DNA from: Eubacteriales bacterium
GTDB lineage: Bacteria > Bacillota > Clostridia > Oscillospirales > CAG-272
Reading direction: 5' to 3'
Length of the DNA: 64,000 nucleotides
Assembly (NCBI GenBank): GCA_045612385.1
Contig: JAZKYZ010000028.1
Location: 701 to 64,700, forward strand
In this document: piece by piece, positions 59,207 to 64,000 of the stretch
Numbering within the stretch: position 1 is the first letter of the stretch
Layout of the letters: each line of letters opens with the position of its first letter
The notes under the pieces: generated by a model
Told to the model about the DNA's origin: nothing
The model's input: only the letters and a program-made list of their open reading frames with translations
Databases searched by the model: none
Position numbers and translations under genes: made by a program

Positions 59207-60499
59207 TTAATGTGTATTGCGTGATACCCGCTCTCCGGGTAAAATCTTGACGAGTTTCGCCATTTCAAGTTTTAGAATACACTTCATTATTATTCGTGCA
59301 TTCGTAAAGTATTCATCCACAAGTTCATCAATGGCAATATCTCCATCTGTGGGAATCTTTTGATAAAGTCTGATGCAATCCCCATCCATACCAATCGTTG
59401 GCGCTTCTTCAACTTCCTGCTGAGTGGATGCTTGGGTTGGTTGCGCATTGTAGGTTGGATCTTCGTGAATTGGAATCGGACATACTTCCGTTTCAATGGG
59501 GGCTTCGGGATCATAGTTTCTGCGCCTTGCCATTTTGATGTAACTGATGGAAAGCGAATCGAGAACTTCATCCACAGGATACTTCTCATTCGGTGTTAAA
59601 ACAAACGGATTGAGGATTCCCATATTTTGAGGTTCAAGATCTCGGATGATATCATCTGCACAAGTGAACACTCTGGCACCATTACGAATAAGCAAAGAAG
59701 GCCCTTCGCTGTTTTTGTTATCGACATTGCCAGGCAAAGCATAAACAATTCTTCCCTGCTCTTTCGCAAGACGAGCAGTGATCAGAGCGCCACTTCTTTC
59801 TCTGCCCTCAATCACGACGGTCGCTTGTGAAAGTCCACTTATGATTCGGTTCCTTTGTGGGAAGGTATAGCGCGATGGTGCAAAATTAGGTGGATATTCG
59901 GTGATAATACATCCCTTTTTAACGATTTGTCTTGCGAGCGTCAAATGCTCTTTCGGATAGCATATATTGATGCCACAACCAAGCACGGCAACAGTCGGCG
60001 CCTGCACGTGAATTGCGCCAGCGGCAGCAACAGCGTCAACACCAAGTGCCATACCGGATACGACAATAGCGCCCGATTTTGCCAGATCTCGTCCAACGCG
60101 AAATGCATTTCTCTTGCCATAATCACTCATACTTCTCGTTCCAACAATGCTAATAAAGCAACCACGATTAAAATCAGGAAGTATGCCACGATAATACAGC
60201 AAAACAGGTGGGTGCTTGATTTCACGCAAGGCGTTAGGATATTTTTCATCCGAGTACGGCAAAATTCCAATATTCTTCATCAAACAAAAGTCTAAAACCT
60301 TTTGCGCGCTTTCAAGCTCACGTAGCAAAATACGATCAAGATCGGAATTTTTTGATGATAGCACCTTTTCAATTTGTTTATCGTCTGCATTAAAGACATT
60401 CTGAGGTGTTTCAAACGCACGAATCAAATCTATAAATGTAGAACTGTCGGGCTTGCAATTTAAACTCAACCAAACATAATAGAGCAAATCGTTATTCAT
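59207..60499 (-). CDS. dprA: DNA-processing protein DprA
   Basis: Rossmann-like core (IVGTRSMSDYG, SGMALGVDAAA, RNRIISGLS) and C-terminal winged-helix region, with a long linker between them. Confidence 0.88.
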   Translation of the reverse strand: MNNDLLYYVWLSLNCKPDSSTFIDLIRAFETPQNVFNADDKQIEKVLSSKNSDLDRILLRELESAQKVLDFCLMKNIGILPYSDEKYPNALREIKHPPVLLYYRGILPDFNRGCFISIVGTRSMSDYGKRNAFRVGRDLAKSGAIVVSGMALGVDAVAAAGAIHVQAPTVAVLGCGINICYPKEHLTLARQIVKKGCIITEYPPNFAPSRYTFPQRNRIISGLSQATVVIEGRERSGALITARLAKEQGRIVYALPGNVDNKNSEGPSLLIRNGARVFTCADDIIRDLEPQNMGILNPFVLTPNEKYPVDEVLDSLSISYIKMARRRNYDPEAPIETEVCPIPIHEDPTYNAQPTQASTQQEVEEAPTIGMDGDCIRLYQKIPTDGDIAIDELVDEYFTNARIIMKCILKLEMAKLVKILPGERVSRNTH

Positions 60500-60503
60500 A
60501 AAA

Positions 60504-61349
60504 TCAGACCTCGCTTTTATGTTTACTTAACTCCCACATTAAAATAGATGCCGCAACAGACGCATTAAGCGATTCTGTCATAGTGGAAATCGGGATATAA
60601 ACGCTTGCCGTACATAGAGAAGAGATTGATGCATCAATTCCGTGTCCCTCGTTTCCTATAATAACAATGTCGCGACTCTTAAATGATACTTCGTCAAGAG
60701 GTAGGGCTGTATCTCTTAGTTCAGCGGCATAAACATTTCTTCCAGAAAGAATAGAGTCTTTAATAAAAGAGGCAAAATCTGTAACAAACGTAATTTTGAT
60801 TTTGAACAACGCTCCCATAGCAGCACGAACTGTTTTCGGATTATATGGATCCACCGAATCGGATGATAAAACAATGTGGGAAACGCCAAATGCCACAGCA
60901 CTGCGAATAATCGCTCCCAAATTGGATGGATCACGCACAGAATTTAAAGCAACTATTCTTTCATTGAAGGAAAAGTATTTTTCTACATTATATATTATAT
61001 CCAACTTGCAAAAAATGTCAAGATATTTTATGACAGAAATTACACCTTGTGGCGATTTTTCTGTTGAAATCTTTTCAAACGCCTCCTTTGACAAAATCAA
61101 AAGTTTCGTATTTTCATACATTGCGTCAGAGAAAGCTTCTGTAATGCGTGGTAAAAGCTGTTCTTTTTTATTTTCACAAACAAAAATGTGTGTAACAGGC
61201 AAACGACTGCTCGCTGCCTCATATGTCAGTTTTTCTCCTTCTGCTAAAAAGGCTCTTTCACGCTCTCTGCCCTTTTTATCTGCAAGAGACGCAGCATATT
61301 TAACAGTCGGATTTTGCCTGCTGGAGATAGTTTCTTGAATAATATCCAT
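60504..61349 (-). CDS. TrmH/SpoU-family RNA 2'-O-methyltransferase
   Basis: C-terminal SPOUT motifs (DPSNLGAIIRSA, IIGNEGHGI, ESLNASVAA). Position after rplT. Confidence 0.85.
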   Translation of the reverse strand: MDIIQETISSRQNPTVKYAASLADKKGRERERAFLAEGEKLTYEAASSRLPVTHIFVCENKKEQLLPRITEAFSDAMYENTKLLILSKEAFEKISTEKSPQGVISVIKYLDIFCKLDIIYNVEKYFSFNERIVALNSVRDPSNLGAIIRSAVAFGVSHIVLSSDSVDPYNPKTVRAAMGALFKIKITFVTDFASFIKDSILSGRNVYAAELRDTALPLDEVSFKSRDIVIIGNEGHGIDASISSLCTASVYIPISTMTESLNASVAASILMWELSKHKSEV

Positions 61350-61384
61350 AACAACCTCTTATATTTAAAATATTTTAAATATAG

Positions 61385-61427
61385 GAAAATTCCCGTTTTT
61401 GCTTTTTTGCACAAAAACGGGAATTTC
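61385..61427 (-). terminator. intrinsic terminator after rplT
   Basis: ATTCCCGTTTTT/AAAAACGGGAAT 12-bp core stem followed by a T-run on the minus strand. Confidence 0.7.
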
Positions 61428-61435
61428 GATAGAAA

Positions 61436-61789
61436 TTAAAGGGCAGATTTTGCCTTTTCGCAAAGCTGAGCAAATGCTTCTTTATCGGAAACTGCGATTT
61501 CTGCAAGCATCTTACGGTTCAGGTTGATACCGCAAACTTTAAGACCGTGCATAAGGGTAGAATAGTTCATACCGCATACCTTAGCCTGTGCATTGATTCT
61601 TGCAATCCAGAGACGACGGAAGTCTCTCTTCTTAGCCTTACGGCCAGCAAATGCATAGTTGCCACTCTTAAGGACGGCCTGTTTTGCCATCTTAAAGTGC
61701 TTGGACTTTGCACCCCAATAACCTTTAGCTGCTTTGAGGATGCTCTTTCTTCTCTTGCGCGTCATAATAGCGCCTTTTACTCTTGCCAT
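61436..61789 (-). CDS. rplT: 50S ribosomal protein L20
   Basis: [26 protein letters not shown]. Confidence 0.95.
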   Translation of the reverse strand: MARVKGAIMTRKRRKSILKAAKGYWGAKSKHFKMAKQAVLKSGNYAFAGRKAKKRDFRRLWIARINAQAKVCGMNYSTLMHGLKVCGINLNRKMLAEIAVSDKEAFAQLCEKAKSAL

Positions 61790-61823
61790 TTTACTTACTC
61801 CTTCTTATACTTGCTGTGCCGAA

Positions 61824-62018
61824 TTACTTGTTAATCAAAGGTCTGTATACTGCTGCAAAGCTCTCGCTCATGATAGCGCCTTTGCGAAGACCTCTTTTAC
61901 GCTTTGCGGTCTTGATTCCAAGATTATGGCGGTGATTGTTGTGAGACATCTTGATTTTTCCACTACCGGTAAGAGAAAATCTCTTAGCCGAAGCTTTATG
62001 CGTCTTGATTTTTCCCAT
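61824..62018 (-). CDS. rpmI: 50S ribosomal protein L35
   Basis: MGKIKTHKASAKRF from ATG 62018 (SD AAAGGAG 7 nt upstream). The track start is TTG 62036. Confidence 0.93.
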   Translation of the reverse strand: MGKIKTHKASAKRFSLTGSGKIKMSHNNHRHNLGIKTAKRKRGLRKGAIMSESFAAVYRPLINK

Positions 62019-62080
62019 GATTGTACTCCTTTTCAATGGATGATTTGTTTTTTATCATAAACAGGTTTATAATAACAATT

Positions 62081-62608
62081 TTACTTTTTCTCTCTGACAG
62101 GAGAGATTACGACGGACATAATACGACCATCAAGTGAAGGCTTTTTTTCGCTCTGACCAACGCCTTGCAACGCTTCGAGGAACTTCATTATCACCTCGCG
62201 GCCAAGTTCCATATGAGACATTTCTCTTCCCTTGAAACGAACAACAACTTTTACCTTGTTTCCTTCGCCAAGAAATTTCTTCGCCTGGTTAACTCTGGTA
62301 TCAAAGTCGTGTTGTTCGATACGACAAGACAACTGCACCTCTTTTACCTTAACGATTACCTGCTTTTTCTTCGCTTCTTTTTCTCTCTTATCACGTTCAA
62401 AGCAGAATTTACCGTAGTCAATGGCACGGCAAACTGGGGGATTGGCATTCGGGGAAATTAACACGAGGTCAACACCGTGAGAGTATGCATATTCACGTGC
62501 AGCCTCAATATTCATAATACCGACTTGCTCATTCTCTGCACCGATTACACGAACCTCAGGGGCTTTAATCTCTTCGTTAATCGGCAATTCTTTGCTATTG
62601 GTGCTAAT
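62081..62608 (-). CDS. infC: translation initiation factor IF-3 (ATT start codon)
   Basis: The conserved IF-3 sequence begins at I-STNSKELPINEEIKAPEVRVIG. GGAGG lies 9 nt upstream of ATT at 62608-62606. The track ATG (62764) lies between the -35 and -10 of the operon promoter. Confidence 0.88.
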   Translation of the reverse strand: MSTNSKELPINEEIKAPEVRVIGAENEQVGIMNIEAAREYAYSHGVDLVLISPNANPPVCRAIDYGKFCFERDKREKEAKKKQVIVKVKEVQLSCRIEQHDFDTRVNQAKKFLGEGNKVKVVVRFKGREMSHMELGREVIMKFLEALQGVGQSEKKPSLDGRIMSVVISPVREKK

Positions 62609-62746
62609 GGTAGTATACCTCCAAAATAAAAAAAATGCACACAGAGACTCCCCGTGCGCACTCAAAACTTTCGCTCTATGGTAAGCGAAAATTATGAACC
62701 ATACGCACCCTTGTGGTATGGCGAGGAGAAGTCCTGCTTGTTTTAC
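62609..62746 (-). promoter_or_regulatory. infC-rpmI-rplT leader with terminator-like attenuator (L20-leader-type)
   Basis: About 138-nt leader. Hairpin TGCGCACGGGGAGTCTCTGTGTGCA (62660-62636) is followed by TTTTTTTTATTTT and then the SD. Confidence 0.5.
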
Positions 62747-62752
62747 CTCGTT

Positions 62753-62781
62753 AGTATAACACATCTTTTCTCAAATGTCAA
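62753..62781 (-). promoter_or_regulatory. sigma-A-type promoter of infC operon
   Basis: Minus strand TTGACA (62781-62776), 17 nt, TATACT (62758-62753). Confidence 0.6.
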
Positions 62782-62826
62782 TACCTTTTTCAAATATTCT
62801 TCATTTTTTCTTTTTGAAGGACGGTT

Positions 62827-63120
62827 TTATAATCTTATGGCTAAAAATGAGGAATAAAAATCTCTGATGTTTGCCCACACCGAAGCTCTCCCATATTCAA
62901 GGGCTTTGTTCGATATCGTGCATTCACCATTCGCAAGAGTGACTTCGTATGGTGTAGGGTTTACCGAAGTGGTAAAGACCGCGCTTCTCGCCGTGTATGA
63001 ATTCCAATCGGTTGAAAATGTGACAAGCAATTTCACCGTGTTTCTATTGTTGCAAGCCAATTTCGGGGCGAGTGTTGCCGTCAATACTTGGTCTTGCGCT
63101 CGCACTGTAATAGTTGTCAT
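62827..63120 (-). CDS. hypothetical protein, possibly the N-terminal remnant of a phage structural (baseplate/tail-like) protein
   Basis: 97-aa ORF. The first ~80 aa are beta-rich and visibly more G+C-rich than the surrounding sequence. The last ~15 codons run into AT-rich DNA just upstream of the infC promoter. Confidence 0.4.
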   Translation of the reverse strand: MTTITVRAQDQVLTATLAPKLACNNRNTVKLLVTFSTDWNSYTARSAVFTTSVNPTPYEVTLANGECTISNKALEYGRASVWANIRDFYSSFLAIRL

Positions 63121-63155
63121 TATTCATCTGCCTTTCTCTGTTTTTTTTGCATAGA

Positions 63156-63185
63156 AAAAGGACTGATTTTGTAGTCAGTCCTTGT
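63156..63185 (-). terminator. intrinsic terminator (second of a tandem pair)
   Basis: Minus strand AAGGACTGA-ctacaaaa-TCAGTCCTT perfect 9-bp stem followed by TTTTCT. Confidence 0.65.
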
Positions 63186-63197
63186 TTTTGGGTATAG

Positions 63198-63229
63198 AAA
63201 AAGCACCGTGCTTTCGCAAGGTGCTTTGT
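63198..63229 (-). terminator. intrinsic terminator after immunity-like ORF
   Basis: Minus strand AAAGCACC-ttgcgaaagcac-GGTGCTTT followed by TTCT. It begins 4 nt after the stop at 63233. Confidence 0.6.
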
Positions 63230-63232
63230 ATG

Positions 63233-63481
63233 TTATTCGTAAGGTGGTATATCCCTTTCCTTAACAGGCTCATATGAATTGATTTCTTCTAATTTATAGA
63301 ATTTCTCGTTTAGCCCAAAATACGGCTCAAACATAATGGTTTTTACAGTTTCCCAACCTTCTTCGTCCTCTTCGTAGACAATCATTTGAGGTAATCCGTA
63401 AACGATTTCACCTGATGTTAAAACCAACCTTACAAACCCTTTTTCATCTTGAAGTTTGTCTATGATATCAAGTTCAATCAT
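63233..63481 (-). CDS. small acidic protein, candidate immunity protein
   Basis: 82 aa with 20 Asp/Glu versus 8 Lys/Arg. ATG 63481 with SD GAGAGGTGA. Overlaps the upstream ORF stop by 8 nt. Confidence 0.5.
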   Translation of the reverse strand: MIELDIIDKLQDEKGFVRLVLTSGEIVYGLPQMIVYEEDEEGWETVKTIMFEPYFGLNEKFYKLEEINSYEPVKERDIPPYE

Positions 63482-64000
63482 CGTATATCACCTCTCTTTT
63501 AAATTCCTGAACAGGCACTATATGGATATTACCGCCCCCAAGTGCATATGTAACTTGGGCGCATTTCGTGGGCATATATTTTCCATCGGCTTTACTATAA
63601 TAATATCCAACGATTTCATCGCAAGTCACATATTCGCGGTAACTACCATCTGCACCTATTCTGACTTTTCCTTGCAACTTCGACACTACTATTCTTTGAA
63701 GTGAAGTTTCGTCAAAGTCCTCGCGTATATAAGAAGGTTTGTCGCCTATAATGGACAATCGTTTTTCGTGTTCGATAAATTGTTTTGACCCTTTTATGTG
63801 TCGGGCTTGCTTTTGTCGGCTTATTATTGTAGGTACTTTGCCCGCTTCAAAATCTCTTTTGAATTCTGCTTTCCTTGTACTTATTATACCATCATTTTCG
63901 GCGGAAATCAACCCTTTTTTGGCATTTTTTACACTTTTTGGAGAATTTTCTTCGACCTGACTTTCCGCAGCCCTCAAATACTTTTGTTTGTATTCTTCAA
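63474..64000 (-). CDS. C-terminal part of a larger protein; polymorphic-toxin-like (Ntox50-like) C-terminal domain (partial, N-terminus beyond window end)
   Basis: The frame stays open from 63977 to the window end (..EEYKQKYLRAAES..), and the track start at 63977 is only a TTG. The C-terminal ~130 aa contain RQKQARHIKGSKQF and GGGNIHIVPVQE, which I recall as features of type-50 polymorphic toxin domains. Confidence 0.55.
   Translation of the reverse strand, partial: EEYKQKYLRAAESQVEENSPKSVKNAKKGLISAENDGIISTRKAEFKRDFEAGKVPTIISRQKQARHIKGSKQFIEHEKRLSIIGDKPSYIREDFDETSLQRIVVSKLQGKVRIGADGSYREYVTCDEIVGYYYSKADGKYMPTKCAQVTYALGGGNIHIVPVQEFKREVIYDD

Noticed and set aside
62609-62764. N-terminal 52-codon extension of the infC ORF from ATG 62764
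   Set aside because: The ATG lies inside the operon promoter. The extension translates the leader/attenuator (not protein-like). The conserved IF-3 begins at the SD-preceded ATT 62608.

Overview
This is a 64-kb segment of a low-GC Firmicutes chromosome, probably Clostridia-like (RuvC rather than RecU, WhiA, Prp-L27, ECF module). It is overwhelmingly core/housekeeping. About 60 protein genes lie almost all on the minus strand and are very tightly packed, with many ATGA-type or 8-35 nt stop/start overlaps. There are three tRNAs: Leu-UAG, and Gly-UCC plus Arg-ACG. Gene content from left to right: a heterodimeric ABC exporter pair; NUDIX and DUF45 hydrolases; azlCD; a class A PBP; truA-ecfT-ecfA2-ecfA1; a SAM methyltransferase; ruvC facing DUF951-ruvAB; mrp; a clpE-like gene; cvpA; dnaE; whiA; murB; recN-argR-nadK-tlyA-xseB-xseA-(Kae1-like)-nusB; a small membrane protein; tRNA-Leu; GNAT plus CapA; an ABC-F ATPase; a HAD hydrolase; galE; rplU-prp-rpmA; efp with a linked acidic zinc-ribbon gene; an M24 peptidase; a TIM-barrel protein; yqeG; sdaA; the two tRNAs; leuS-rsfS-LCP-yqeK-yhbY-ftsY-smc-rSAM-rnc-plsX-trmFO-topA-dprA-trmH; and rplT-rpmI-infC (ATT start, L20-type leader). 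I saw no rRNA, CRISPR array, transposase or integrase. The only accessory-looking DNA is the last ~1.2 kb (62.8-64.0 kb). It holds a truncated phage-like ORF, two tandem terminators, and the 3' end of a larger gene. The C-terminal domain of that gene resembles a polymorphic-toxin module and is followed by an overlapping small acidic immunity-like ORF. I do not see a convincing new multi-gene system in the core part. The best candidates for undescribed biology are: the toxin/immunity pair; an ABC-F protein with one coherently degenerate ATP site; the efp-linked zinc-ribbon protein; a nusB-coupled Kae1/TsaD paralogue; an ELP3-like radical SAM gene between rnc and smc; and a Cys-rich C-terminal domain on the PBP. 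All product calls rest on motif recognition by eye; no database search was run. Several ORF-track starts are TTG/GTG codons upstream of better SD+ATG starts, and I adjusted those.
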